Source: a virus (taxonomy: Duplodnaviria; Caudoviricetes). From it: 63,984 nucleotides of DNA. Location: the IMG/VR virus record IMGVR_UViG_3300007609_000018, positions 1-63,984 of that record; one strand, written 5' to 3'. Positions 39,269 to 48,596 of this stretch are shown here, in pieces; position 1 is the stretch's first letter, and each line of letters starts with the position of its first letter. A program made the position numbers and the translations under genes. A model generated the notes under the pieces. The model did no database searches. It saw nothing but the letters and a program-made list of their open reading frames with translations, and was not told the origin of the DNA.

Positions 39269-40061
39269 ATTTTTATTGTGTAACTCATTGATTTACAGGA
39301 AACTAAACCAAAGGGAATATTCAAAATCCTTGAAACTCTGACAAGGTGGCACAATTCAACGGATAAATAACTCATTCAGATAGAAAACTAAACTATCTAA
39401 ATTTCAATTCTAAGCGCATTAAATTACCTTACCTATGCTATACCATTACTAAAAACTAAACTCTCGATATACGCTAAATTTGATACCTTTTTGAACGTTT
39501 GCACGGACACGCTGACTGTTAAAAGAAATGAATACCGCTTAAATACTACATTTTCTTTGTTTTTTTACTTTTATTCTAATGTTTAATATTTAGGTTTTTA
39601 AATAGTTGTTTTTGTGATTGGTTTTTTTTCTTTTTTTTGTTTGCTTTACTTACTCTCTATGCTTACTCTATCGCTTCGCTCTTCTTTCCTTTGTTTGTTG
39701 GGGTTTGCGTTATGTTGGTTGTTTGGCTTATTTGCTTGTTTTTATTGCTTGTATGGCATTTACTTTGTTTTGGTGGTGGATTAGTTCAGATGATTTATTT
39801 TACTTCTTTAGTCGGTCCGTTTTGAGCGCTCTCTTCGTTTCCTTTCCTTACTCCCTTTCGTTCCCTTTCCCTTTACTTGCTTTATTCTTTATGTATTAAT
39901 TATTTATTTTAAATTCTTTTGCATTGGTTTTCAGTTAGTTACAAGTTTTTATAAAGTTTTTATTCTCGTTTGTTTAGTTTTTTGAATTGTATGGGCTTAT
40001 ATTTACAACCGTTAAGGCATTAAGCCGATTTTAATATTTATAACAAGTAAATAAAAAGATT

Positions 40062-40283
40062 ATGAGAACTACAAAAGTTTATAGAGCAACATTAAGAAAA
40101 GATTTAAACGAAGATAATAAAAAAGGGAAAACTTTGAAGTTGGAGTTTGAACTTAATAATAAAGTTTCTGTATTATCAAATACAGAATGGGATTGGTATC
40201 TAGACACTATAACCGTAGATGATGTAGATAATATGTTTGAAAATCTTACTTTCTTAAAAACTAACACATGGAGAGAATTATGA
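40062..40283 (+). CDS. early hypothetical protein
   Basis: first ORF of the plus-strand cluster, A-rich leader. Confidence 0.6.
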   Translation: MRTTKVYRATLRKDLNEDNKKGKTLKLEFELNNKVSVLSNTEWDWYLDTITVDDVDNMFENLTFLKTNTWREL

Positions 40284-40525
40284 AATACTTACTAATTATA
40301 CCGATACTATTTTTATTAATTTCAAACGCATCAAATTCAGTTGTCAAAAGGCAAGCTATATTAAACCATATAATGATTGGCGAAGATTATAAAGGTTCTG
40401 GTTTTGAAATTTGGCGAATAAATTATAAGGAGAATTGTGTATCTCACATCGCTTACTACTATTCAAACACAAAAGAAATAGTTTATAACGATTATCAAGA
40501 AATTCCTTTACACTTAAACAAATAA
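40268..40525 (+). CDS. hypothetical protein with hydrophobic N-terminus
   Basis: MKYLLIIPILFLL. Confidence 0.55.
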   Translation: MERIMKYLLIIPILFLLISNASNSVVKRQAILNHIMIGEDYKGSGFEIWRINYKENCVSHIAYYYSNTKEIVYNDYQEIPLHLNK

Positions 40526-40553
40526 AATTTTTTACACAAATAAATAAAATATT

Positions 40554-40913
40554 ATGAACAATTCAATAAGAAAAGAACTACTAGAACACATTTTAGACAA
40601 AATAAGCGATGGTGTAATTGATGACACAAATAAAGATGAATGGCATTTTTATTGTTTTAACGAAGATTATTACTGCATCGGTTATTACAAATGCTCACAA
40701 TGGCTAAAAAGGCACAATTTGGGCGAATTTGAATCTGCTGCAATTTGTACTCAATACGAAATAGATAACTTTGGCGAATGTGGTAAAGTATATGATAATT
40801 CAGAAAAGGTAGTAAATATGCTTGCTTACATATACGGCGAGGAGCTTTTTTCTGATTTAGATTGTGAAACAATAGAGGAATTGCAAGAAAAGATAGAAGA
40901 AGAAATAAATTAA
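40554..40913 (+). CDS. Ocr-like acidic anti-restriction DNA mimic (putative)
   Basis: 119 aa, acidic; H..FNEDYY.IGYY...QWL...YEIDNFGE...EKVVNMLAYIYGEE pattern; early position. Confidence 0.55.
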   Translation: MNNSIRKELLEHILDKISDGVIDDTNKDEWHFYCFNEDYYCIGYYKCSQWLKRHNLGEFESAAICTQYEIDNFGECGKVYDNSEKVVNMLAYIYGEELFSDLDCETIEELQEKIEEEIN

Positions 40914-41012
40914 ACCACCATTTTAACCGCTTTTACCCTTGCACCGCTATTTTATAGTATTGGGCAAGGGTTAAGGCAGTAGAAGTAATATTTTTAACAA
41001 AAAAATAAAACA

Positions 41013-41204
41013 ATGAAACACACAGAGATAACAAAAGAAGCGTTTAAAGCTATTGTAACCAACGAACAAGAATCTTTTGATTATAACGATAAAGGAGAAC
41101 TATTCGAGAAAACATATTTTAAAGCAAAAGGCATGAAACTACTAACTATATACAACTTTGTAAGCAACACAAAGCAGTACTACATACAAGATATTAACTA
41201 TTAA
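41013..41204 (+). CDS. hypothetical protein
   Basis: ORF in early cluster. Confidence 0.6.
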   Translation: MKHTEITKEAFKAIVTNEQESFDYNDKGELFEKTYFKAKGMKLLTIYNFVSNTKQYYIQDINY

Positions 41205-41227
41205 TTTAACTTAAAAAATAAAACAAG

Positions 41228-41608
41228 ATGAAACTAAAAGCAACGATAGAAAAATTAACAAATTTTGCTAATAAAGATAATATTCAAAAAGATATAAATA
41301 GATATTTCTTTACAATACACACTCCTAACGGAGAAACATTAAGGGTAGCTAAGTCAAGTTTTAAGGAGATTAAAAATTCTGATGATTTTAAGGGATGGTT
41401 GGCAAATTGTGAAGGCAAAGTAACAAGATTATTATTGACTTTATTCGATTTTGATTTGGAATTTATAGAGAATAAAAAGCCACATATTGACTCGTATGGA
41501 AAATATCTAATATATACAAAGGAACACGAAGAAAAGTATGAAGAGTGGTTAAAAACGACTAATTCAAAAGATACATCATTAAGCTATTTTTTAACATTTA
41601 AAAACTAA
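41228..41608 (+). CDS. hypothetical protein
   Basis: ORF in early cluster. Confidence 0.6.
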   Translation: MKLKATIEKLTNFANKDNIQKDINRYFFTIHTPNGETLRVAKSSFKEIKNSDDFKGWLANCEGKVTRLLLTLFDFDLEFIENKKPHIDSYGKYLIYTKEHEEKYEEWLKTTNSKDTSLSYFLTFKN

Positions 41609-41614
41609 AACAAG

Positions 41615-41833
41615 ATGAAACTATTAAAAGTAGATTATTTAAACGAAATACCTAAAAAAATTAACAATTACACTTTAATAAATGTAATAAATAAAAAATC
41701 CTTCAATGAAGATACTTTTATAAGACTATCCAAAGGTTATAAATATAAAGTGTTTAGAACTATAATATCATCGTTAGATGAAATATCCCAAGATTATAAC
41801 TACGGAGCTTTATATCTTATATTAACAGACTAA
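41615..41833 (+). CDS. hypothetical protein
   Basis: ORF in early cluster. Confidence 0.55.
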   Translation: MKLLKVDYLNEIPKKINNYTLINVINKKSFNEDTFIRLSKGYKYKVFRTIISSLDEISQDYNYGALYLILTD

Positions 41834-41876
41834 AAAACAGATAGAAAAAAAATCTAATAACCAATAAAAATACACT

Positions 41877-42119
41877 ATGAAAACTTTTAAAAGAACAAGT
41901 TTACCGCAGTCAATAAATTACAACGGAGAAACTTATACTCCCAATATGACCTCCTCCGCTCAACTTGACACCAAAAGAGAAGCAAACAAACTAAAATCAC
42001 AAGGCGAAAAAGTTATTTTAGTTGAGGTATTGAGTAAAAACCTAAGAGGTAAAAAGGACCTTTATAATTTACCATACAAGCCGACTAAATGGATATTCAC
42101 TAAAAAACTAAATAAATAG
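41877..42119 (+). CDS. hypothetical protein
   Basis: ORF in early cluster. Confidence 0.6.
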   Translation: MKTFKRTSLPQSINYNGETYTPNMTSSAQLDTKREANKLKSQGEKVILVEVLSKNLRGKKDLYNLPYKPTKWIFTKKLNK

Positions 42120-42124
42120 AAATT

Positions 42125-42712
42125 ATGATAACTATAAAAACAAATATTTACACGTTTGAAGAACTAACGGAAGAACAAAAAGAAAAAGCTATTGATAGCG
42201 TAAGAAACAAATACTATGATCATAACGATTTTGCAGAGTGGGCTATTGATGATTGCTCACTATTTGAACCACCACAAAAAGAGTTAGAAGAACTTTTTGG
42301 TAAAGATTACAAATTCCCTTTATTAGAAAACACTAGGGAAAAACTATTTTTTTCACTAGGTAGAGATAGATATATAGATATTTCTAACGCAATGCAAATT
42401 TCAGATGATACCTACTTTTTAAAATGGCTAGGGATTAATAAATATGATTTTTTAAATGATGATGGCTGCCCTGTTTTAGACTATAAAATAGGTAAAGACA
42501 CAATAGAATTTTATACTAATGATTTTAATGTTGAGTTTACAAATGAACAAGAAACTATTTTAGAAAAAGCCAAAGAAAAATTTGAAGAACATTGTGAAAA
42601 TATCTTAAATAGAATTGAATATGATATTGATTATAGGTTTACCGATGAAGCTATCATAGAAGATATACACGCAAACGATTATCAATTTACTGAACAAGGT
42701 AATTTGTATTAA
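42125..42712 (+). CDS. acidic early protein (YTFEEL...EKA / DEAI.E.I.ANDY.FTE.G family)
   Basis: terminal motifs of a family I recall from phage and plasmid leading regions; highly acidic. Confidence 0.55.
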   Translation: MITIKTNIYTFEELTEEQKEKAIDSVRNKYYDHNDFAEWAIDDCSLFEPPQKELEELFGKDYKFPLLENTREKLFFSLGRDRYIDISNAMQISDDTYFLKWLGINKYDFLNDDGCPVLDYKIGKDTIEFYTNDFNVEFTNEQETILEKAKEKFEEHCENILNRIEYDIDYRFTDEAIIEDIHANDYQFTEQGNLY

Positions 42713-42820
42713 AACACTACAACCCCAAAAACCCCTTAAAATTTACGTTCTAAGCAACTTTTAACTAAAAAAGGTACAAACACCTTACAAAACATTTTTA
42801 ACCGATTAAAACTAGAAATA

Positions 42821-43630
42821 ATGACAAACGAAATACAAAAAAAAGACGTAATAAACGTAGCAAATTCATTAAATATAAAATTAACTGAAGAACAAGTAAC
42901 GGAAGTTTTAAAATTATATGATGATAAAGCGGATGATCTACCGAACGAAAACTTTACCTACATTTTAGAAACTATTTTAGTGGATGATATGGGTTTAAGT
43001 CAAAAACCAATAAAGAAAACCTCTAAACACCTAAGAACTACATTTGAAAACCTTGAAAAAGGAATAAAAAACCAATTTAAGAAACTTACAAAAGAACAAG
43101 AGATAATTTTCATTGAACAATCTATGTTTCCAAACTATCAAGAATATAAAGAAACGATGACAGAAATGGATGATGAAAGCGATGATTTTATTGAAAGAAT
43201 AGACTTGTTTAATTTAAGAGAAAAACTCCCAATGATAGATTTTTATAACTCTGGATTTCAAGAAAAAACAGGGCATATATACAAAATTAGAGGGCAATTC
43301 ATAGATGTTATAGAGCAAGGAGATGACGAACTAATTACAATAAGATTAAAAGACGTTGTAAAAACTTCTCATAAAATTTCAATTATTGAATTTATCGAAT
43401 CAAATATGGAATGTAAAGCAACACGCATAGACAAATTAATAGAAGGTGCTGAAGAATGGTACCCTAAATATGATAGATGCGATGAAATAGCCTTTATTTT
43501 AGATGTTCTGCAAACCTATGAAGATGGAGAAGTAAAACTTCACAACGAACCAAGCCTATATAACGCACTAGAGAGTAGTTTAATTACGGCAGAGTACATA
43601 AACACCAACCACCACCCAAAACACGCTTAA
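42821..43630 (+). CDS. hypothetical acidic protein
   Basis: 269-aa ORF. Confidence 0.65.
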   Translation: MTNEIQKKDVINVANSLNIKLTEEQVTEVLKLYDDKADDLPNENFTYILETILVDDMGLSQKPIKKTSKHLRTTFENLEKGIKNQFKKLTKEQEIIFIEQSMFPNYQEYKETMTEMDDESDDFIERIDLFNLREKLPMIDFYNSGFQEKTGHIYKIRGQFIDVIEQGDDELITIRLKDVVKTSHKISIIEFIESNMECKATRIDKLIEGAEEWYPKYDRCDEIAFILDVLQTYEDGEVKLHNEPSLYNALESSLITAEYINTNHHPKHA

Positions 43631-43631
43631 A

Positions 43632-43883
43632 ATGGATATTTTGATAGAATTTAGAAAAGCAGTAGGATCCTCTACAATGCTAACTATTGATAGCAATAAA
43701 ATAGAACTAAGTTATACAGACGAAAGAGGAAAGATTAAAATATGGTTTGAAACAGAAAACCGAAGTGCATTTTTACATTTTAACCCTCAATCTAAATTAG
43801 CTTCTGAATATGGAGATTTTTGGAAACACCCAAAGGAAGTAGTAAACAACAAAATTTTTAAACAATTAAACTTAAAGAAATGA
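43632..43883 (+). CDS. hypothetical protein
   Basis: ORF in early cluster. Confidence 0.55.
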   Translation: MDILIEFRKAVGSSTMLTIDSNKIELSYTDERGKIKIWFETENRSAFLHFNPQSKLASEYGDFWKHPKEVVNNKIFKQLNLKK

Positions 43884-44101
43884 AAAAACCAATACCAAAA
43901 TTTGACAAGAACAACAATTTAAGAATAGGAATGAAAATTATAGGCTATGTAAGACAGTCCAGAAAAACAGGAGGATATGCTTATTTAATAGGTAAACCAA
44001 GCGATATAAGCGTGGCAAGTTTTACAAGTAATAAGGAACCATTCACAGAGGAACAAGCAAAGCAAAGATTAATAAACGCAGTAACGCCACTACCGTTTTA
44101 A
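43880..44101 (+). CDS. hypothetical protein
   Basis: ATGA overlap with the previous ORF. Confidence 0.55.
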   Translation: MKKPIPKFDKNNNLRIGMKIIGYVRQSRKTGGYAYLIGKPSDISVASFTSNKEPFTEEQAKQRLINAVTPLPF

Positions 44102-44117
44102 GAATAAGTAATACAAA

Positions 44118-44567
44118 TTGACAACGAAAAAACAAAAACTAGAAAAGATGAAAACAACTACAAATTCAGAAAAATATATTGAATCAATATATAGAAGAAA
44201 GAAGAACGAGGAGCAAAATGCAATAGAATTGTTTGAACAAAGAACCAACATAAAGACAACCAAAAAGTACGGAAAACATTACATAGTAATTGATGAAGTA
44301 TTTACGGACAAGCCAACAAGACAAATATCTTTATTTTTTAAATATATTGGCTATGGTTCAGTAATTTTTTTAGGTAACATAAACGGAAAAACCAAAGAGA
44401 AGTTGAGATACAAAAATACTGAAATTCAAAAAGAAACTGAAAGCCTAATATTAAAACTTAATTACATAAACCAAGAAGTTGAGCAGGCAACACAAGAAGT
44501 GTTTAAAACACATGGAAAACCAAAAACACCAATAGGAATTATAAGGGATAGAATTTTTTATAACTAA
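44118..44567 (+). CDS. hypothetical protein
   Basis: ORF in early cluster (start may be the internal MKTTT). Confidence 0.55.
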   Translation: MTTKKQKLEKMKTTTNSEKYIESIYRRKKNEEQNAIELFEQRTNIKTTKKYGKHYIVIDEVFTDKPTRQISLFFKYIGYGSVIFLGNINGKTKEKLRYKNTEIQKETESLILKLNYINQEVEQATQEVFKTHGKPKTPIGIIRDRIFYN

Positions 44568-44607
44568 AAACCAAAACAATTAACTAATCAATTTAAAACT
44601 ATATAAA

Positions 44608-44814
44608 ATGGAAACAGGAATAATACAAGTAAATTTAATTGATGGAGGTAAATATTTTGTACACTTCAAAAATAAAAACCAAAAAAATAGAATACTATTA
44701 TCTTTAAAAGAAAACGCTGAAAAAGTTTCTGAATGGGGGGTATTAGTAAATGGCATTCACAGCACAAAAGATTTTGAATCAATTATAAAAAACAGACAAA
44801 AACTAAAACAATGA
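44608..44814 (+). CDS. hypothetical protein
   Basis: ORF in early cluster. Confidence 0.55.
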   Translation: METGIIQVNLIDGGKYFVHFKNKNQKNRILLSLKENAEKVSEWGVLVNGIHSTKDFESIIKNRQKLKQ

Positions 44815-45002
44815 ACGGGGCAATTTTAGACAGACAAGGCAAGCAAGTTGAAATAACAGACCTTAATTCAGCTTTAATACAAGCAAAGGAAGCAGTACAA
44901 TTCCACAGAAGAAAAACAGGCATAAAATACCCAGAAGTAGCAAAAGATTGGGAGCATATTTTACACGAATTACAAAAAATCAAAAAAAGCAACGCACAAT
45001 GA
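44811..45002 (+). CDS. hypothetical protein
   Basis: ATGA-coupled ORF. Confidence 0.55.
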   Translation: MNGAILDRQGKQVEITDLNSALIQAKEAVQFHRRKTGIKYPEVAKDWEHILHELQKIKKSNAQ

Positions 45003-45307
45003 ACCACACTAAACAAAAAAACATAATCAAGGCACTAACTACCGAACAACTATTTGAACGCCTTAAAACGGATTTTTCAGCCATAAAGGATAAACTATTT
45101 TGCAAGGTAAGAACCAAGAAAGCAATAGAGTATCTTATACACCAAACCATTCAAGAGTTAAGGAATAGGAATATAAACTTTACAACCTCTATTGAAAATC
45201 CAGAAAAAAGAAAGGAATTTAAAAACTTTGATTATTCTAAAAGGTTAGTTCAGCTATACCAAAAAATAGATGGAAAAATTACATTCACTCACATATTAAT
45301 TTATTAA
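44999..45307 (+). CDS. hypothetical protein
   Basis: probable start MNHTKQ at 44999, overlapping the previous stop. Confidence 0.5.
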   Translation: MNHTKQKNIIKALTTEQLFERLKTDFSAIKDKLFCKVRTKKAIEYLIHQTIQELRNRNINFTTSIENPEKRKEFKNFDYSKRLVQLYQKIDGKITFTHILIY

Positions 45308-45308
45308 A

Positions 45309-45521
45309 ATGAAAAAACTAAAAGAAACATTAGAAAGTAAAAAATCCGAATTGGATAATATAATTCAAGAAAGGAACAAAACCTATGAAAATCGATCTGA
45401 CAAGTGGAAGAGTTCAGAAAAGGGGTACAAACACCTTTCACAAACTGAAAGACTACAATCCTCTTCAGACAACATGGAGGAATCTATTGTATTCTTAGAA
45501 TTTTATATTAGTGAATCTTAA
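45309..45521 (+). CDS. hypothetical coiled-coil protein
   Basis: RSDKWKSSEKG motif. Confidence 0.55.
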   Translation: MKKLKETLESKKSELDNIIQERNKTYENRSDKWKSSEKGYKHLSQTERLQSSSDNMEESIVFLEFYISES

Positions 45522-45702
45522 AACTATGAAAAACTTTAAAATAACAAGAGAAGCATACGCAAAACAATCTGGACAAATTGATGATGAAAAAACAATCATT
45601 GAAGATATTTCATTGCACGAAGCTAGAATAGGACTTAAAGTTCTCAAGAAGTATCAACAAATACAGAAAACCAATTTTGAATTTACAATTAAAAACACAT
45701 AA
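45511..45702 (+). CDS. hypothetical protein
   Basis: ORF in early cluster. Confidence 0.5.
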   Translation: MNLKTMKNFKITREAYAKQSGQIDDEKTIIEDISLHEARIGLKVLKKYQQIQKTNFEFTIKNT

Positions 45703-45705
45703 CAA

Positions 45706-46161
45706 ATGGAAAAGCTAATTAATGAATTAGAATCAATCGCAAAGGAAATTTCACTTTTAAGCAACACTAAACAACCATTGCTTATCAAACCATATGGTAA
45801 GTTAGAAAACGTCATAAACAGGCTTAAATCAAACGAAATTCAGCAATCTGAACTTACAATGGCACTTGCCAACCTAAAAGAAGAAAGAGTGGGCATGATT
45901 AAAATGCGAAACACAGTCAATAAATACCTTAGAGAACACGACTTGAGCGAAGAGATAAAAGCAAGGCGGAGAATTCAAATTGCAGAAATAAACGAAGAAT
46001 TGGGATTAATTAAAGAACAAATTTCTTACCTTCACACAGTAGAGAAAAAATCAATAGACCAAAAATTCATAGAATTAGTATTGCAAAAATTAGGAAAGGA
46101 AGAGTTCCAGGCATTGCACAAACAAGCAACTCAAATTTGCAAAAATGGAGGTTCAAAATGA
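45706..46161 (+). CDS. hypothetical coiled-coil protein
   Basis: 151-aa ORF. Confidence 0.6.
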   Translation: MEKLINELESIAKEISLLSNTKQPLLIKPYGKLENVINRLKSNEIQQSELTMALANLKEERVGMIKMRNTVNKYLREHDLSEEIKARRRIQIAEINEELGLIKEQISYLHTVEKKSIDQKFIELVLQKLGKEEFQALHKQATQICKNGGSK

Positions 46162-46241
46162 TATACTTAATACTTTGGATAACACTTCAGTTAATATTTA
46201 GTATTCCTATAATTGTAGGGATATATATGGCGATTAAAAGA

Positions 46242-46439
46242 TAACATATTGTATAACAAATTTAAAGCGTATAAAAATGAAATTACTAATAGTTAATAGA
46301 CGATATTTAACAGGTGGTAAATTTTTTAGATACCAACGAATGAAAGGAGTAAAAGATTTAGGTTTTAAAATTGCAATTGGTAAATATGAATTTAGATTCT
46401 ACAAAAACTAGCGTATTTTTGTTATACGTTGTTGTGCGC
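46242..46439 (-). repeat. attC-like inverted repeat #3 (flipped; 44-codon ORF 46277-46411 in its loop)
   Basis: TAAC-atatt-GTATAACAAA ... TTTGTTATAC-gtt-GTTGTGCGC. Confidence 0.6.
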
Positions 46440-46454
46440 TTTTAATTAATTGAA

Positions 46455-46586
46455 ATGAATAACAAAGAAAAAATGATAGAACTATGTAAAAGCATGGTTG
46501 AATTAAACGAAAAAAGTAGTAGTGTCTTTGCTTCAATAAATAAAGCTATTTGGCAAAAAAAACTTGAATATTGGATTAGAGTTTAA
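46455..46586 (+). CDS. 43-aa cassette ORF (MNNKEKMIELCKSM...YWIRV)
   Basis: read manually; flanked by GTTGTGCGC 46431 and GCGCATAAC 46589. Confidence 0.5.
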   Translation: MNNKEKMIELCKSMVELNEKSSSVFASINKAIWQKKLEYWIRV

Positions 46587-46588
46587 TT

Positions 46589-46616
46589 GCGCATAACACC
46601 TTTATATAATCAACTA
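46589..46616 (-). other. attI-like cassette boundary site (flipped)
   Basis: GCGCATAAC-ACCTTTATATAATCAAC resembles the reverse complement of the other boundary sites. Confidence 0.5.
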
Positions 46617-46686
46617 AACCAAACCTTAATGCAAACAATATCAATAAATTATAATTTGAAATGGCAGTTTAAAAAACCAAAAAACA

Positions 46687-46965
46687 ATGACAGAACAAGA
46701 AAGAGTAAGACACATTAATCAATTAGTCGTATTAACAAGTTTAGTAATAGACAAATTGGAAGATTTAGAAAACGATCGGTTTCCAAAGTTTGCATTAAAG
46801 AAAGCTGCAAACAATTATAAGAGAGAAATTGAGAAGTATATTAATACTGTTTATGATGAAGGAAAACGTCAAGATGAAAGCAATGCAAGAAAAGAACTTG
46901 ACACTTTACACGAATCAGTAGGTAAACTAGAAACATTTTTAAACGAAATTTATGGACCGATATGA
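46687..46965 (+). CDS. hypothetical protein
   Basis: 92-aa helical ORF. Confidence 0.6.
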   Translation: MTEQERVRHINQLVVLTSLVIDKLEDLENDRFPKFALKKAANNYKREIEKYINTVYDEGKRQDESNARKELDTLHESVGKLETFLNEIYGPI

Positions 46966-47276
46966 AAATAGCATACATAGCACATCCAATATCTGGTAAT
47001 GAAGAAGAAAACATTAAGAAAGTAATATCTATTGTAAGGGAAATTAATTTATCACAAAAAGGAATACTTCCCTTTGCACCTTATATAGTTGATTTAAAAG
47101 CCTTAGATGATTCAAGCCCAACAGAACGTATGATAGGTATAACAAACAATCAAGAATACTTTATGCGTGGAATTATAGACGAACTTTGGGTTTATGGAAT
47201 AAGTCCTGGAGTAAAACAAGAAATAGAACTAGCAAAAAGGTTTAACATTAAAATAGTTTACAAAAATTCACTTTGA
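46962..47276 (+). CDS. DUF4406/nucleoside 2-deoxyribosyltransferase-like protein
   Basis: YIAHPISG...PFAP...DELWVYG.S.GVKQEIELA motif. Confidence 0.7.
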   Translation: MKIAYIAHPISGNEEENIKKVISIVREINLSQKGILPFAPYIVDLKALDDSSPTERMIGITNNQEYFMRGIIDELWVYGISPGVKQEIELAKRFNIKIVYKNSL

Positions 47277-47804
47277 AGCATTGTGTTTAATATCAAACTC
47301 TTTTAAAGAACTTTCTAAGCAACCTTCAGCACCAATTTTATTCCAAAATAATGTAAAGTCTTTTTTAACACTTGATAGGTTTATTTGTATTTTCTTATCC
47401 TTATCTTTTAAAAAGTGTTCAATATTATTGTTTACAGTATCTATGTAATCATAACACACCTGCTTTTTGTCAGATACTTTAACATTCATTCTAATCAATC
47501 TTCCAAATGATTGTGCTATGCTTACAGGGTTGGTATATCTTTTTAAAAAACTATTACAAACCAAATCTCTATCTCTTATTAGGTGAACATAAAAAGCATC
47601 GTTTCCAAACATCTTATCTAATGTTCCTAAGTGCCAACTCAATCTGTTATCTGATTCAATATGATAATCTGAATAGTTAAATCTGTTTATTCCAAATTCT
47701 CTTGCCAAACTTTCATGTCCAGATGTGTAATTTTTAATGTGTTTACAGGCCTTAAATATTGTAGTTGAACCACACCTACCTGTACTTAGTATAAACACTC
47801 TCAT
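47268..47804 (-). CDS. sulfotransferase-like P-loop protein
   Basis: N-terminal FILSTGRCGSTT (PAPS-binding loop), HES, VHLIRD...SF. Confidence 0.7.
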   Translation of the reverse strand: MRVFILSTGRCGSTTIFKACKHIKNYTSGHESLAREFGINRFNYSDYHIESDNRLSWHLGTLDKMFGNDAFYVHLIRDRDLVCNSFLKRYTNPVSIAQSFGRLIRMNVKVSDKKQVCYDYIDTVNNNIEHFLKDKDKKIQINLSSVKKDFTLFWNKIGAEGCLESSLKEFDIKHNASK

Positions 47805-47820
47805 AGAGCTAATTTACCAT

Positions 47821-48087
47821 TTAAAATTTATTCATAACTTTTAAATGAACTTCTTTTAAATATTCTTTAGTTAGTTTTTCTTCGTCAGAACCAAAATCAG
47901 CTTTGTTATGACAACTTCTACACAATGCTTGTAAGTTCTCTATGTAATCTTTAGTTTTAGATCCACCCATACCTCGAGGAGATATATGGTGTATATCAAC
48001 AGCTTTATTATTACAAACTTCACAAGGAATATGCTCTCCTGGATAGTAACCAAAGTATTCGTGATATATTTTAACGTGTTTTTTCAT
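47821..48087 (-). CDS. HNH endonuclease
   Basis: CEVC...DIHHI..RGMGG...NLQALCRSCH. Confidence 0.85.
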   Translation of the reverse strand: MKKHVKIYHEYFGYYPGEHIPCEVCNNKAVDIHHISPRGMGGSKTKDYIENLQALCRSCHNKADFGSDEEKLTKEYLKEVHLKVMNKF

Positions 48088-48103
48088 AGTTCTTAAAATT
48101 ACA

Positions 48104-48129
48104 AAAGCCAGATGATTAGTCTGGCTTTA
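48104..48129 (-). terminator. possible rho-independent terminator
   Basis: AAAGCCAGA-loop-TCTGGCTTT hairpin. Confidence 0.45.
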
Positions 48130-48383
48130 CACAAAAAAGAAGTAATACACATAAATAGTGGATTGTGAAGTTCAAATTTAACTCCTTCTTTTTATTATTT
48201 AATACAAAATTTTTCATAGGAATTGACTAAAATTTAGTCTTTAATTCAGCAAGGTAAATCCACATTTTCTCTATTGCAGGTTTTAGTTTTTCAGCTTCAA
48301 AATCTTTCTTTTTATCTCTTAACTGATAATAAATACTTTCGTGCAATCCTATTGATTGTCTTAATCTTTGATACTTAGTCTTG

Positions 48384-48596
48384 TTATCCATTATTCATAG
48401 CTTTGTTTAAAATTGTATTACTTACTCGTTCTTTTACCTTTCCATTGTCAAGGTTTACAATATCATTATAGACTGCTCCCGTTTGCTCATCTTTATATGT
48501 TCCTTTCACTAAAAATGTTACCCCTTTAGATTTAAATAGTAATACTGAAGGATATGGTATTCCATTTTTATCCTTGTATTTGGTTTGTTTTTTCAT
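48384..48596 (-). CDS. hypothetical protein
   Basis: coupled to the primase stop codon. Confidence 0.55.
   Translation of the reverse strand: MKKQTKYKDKNGIPYPSVLLFKSKGVTFLVKGTYKDEQTGAVYNDIVNLDNGKVKERVSNTILNKAMNNG

Larger units (their letters stand above)
38442..40061. promoter_or_regulatory. divergent non-coding control region, probable genome terminus/origin
   Basis: no credible ORFs; switch in gene orientation; extreme strand skew; G-run/C-run at 39097-39148. Confidence 0.55.

Noticed and set aside
39618-39899. Hydrophobic 93-aa ORF and overlapping 62-aa ORF
   Set aside because: They arise from the T-rich low-complexity tract, and the longer one has a TTG start; probably non-coding.
46587-46614. 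TGCGCATAA resembling the XerC arm of dif
   Set aside because: No XerD arm follows; it is better explained as the cassette core complementary to GTTGTGCGC at 46431.
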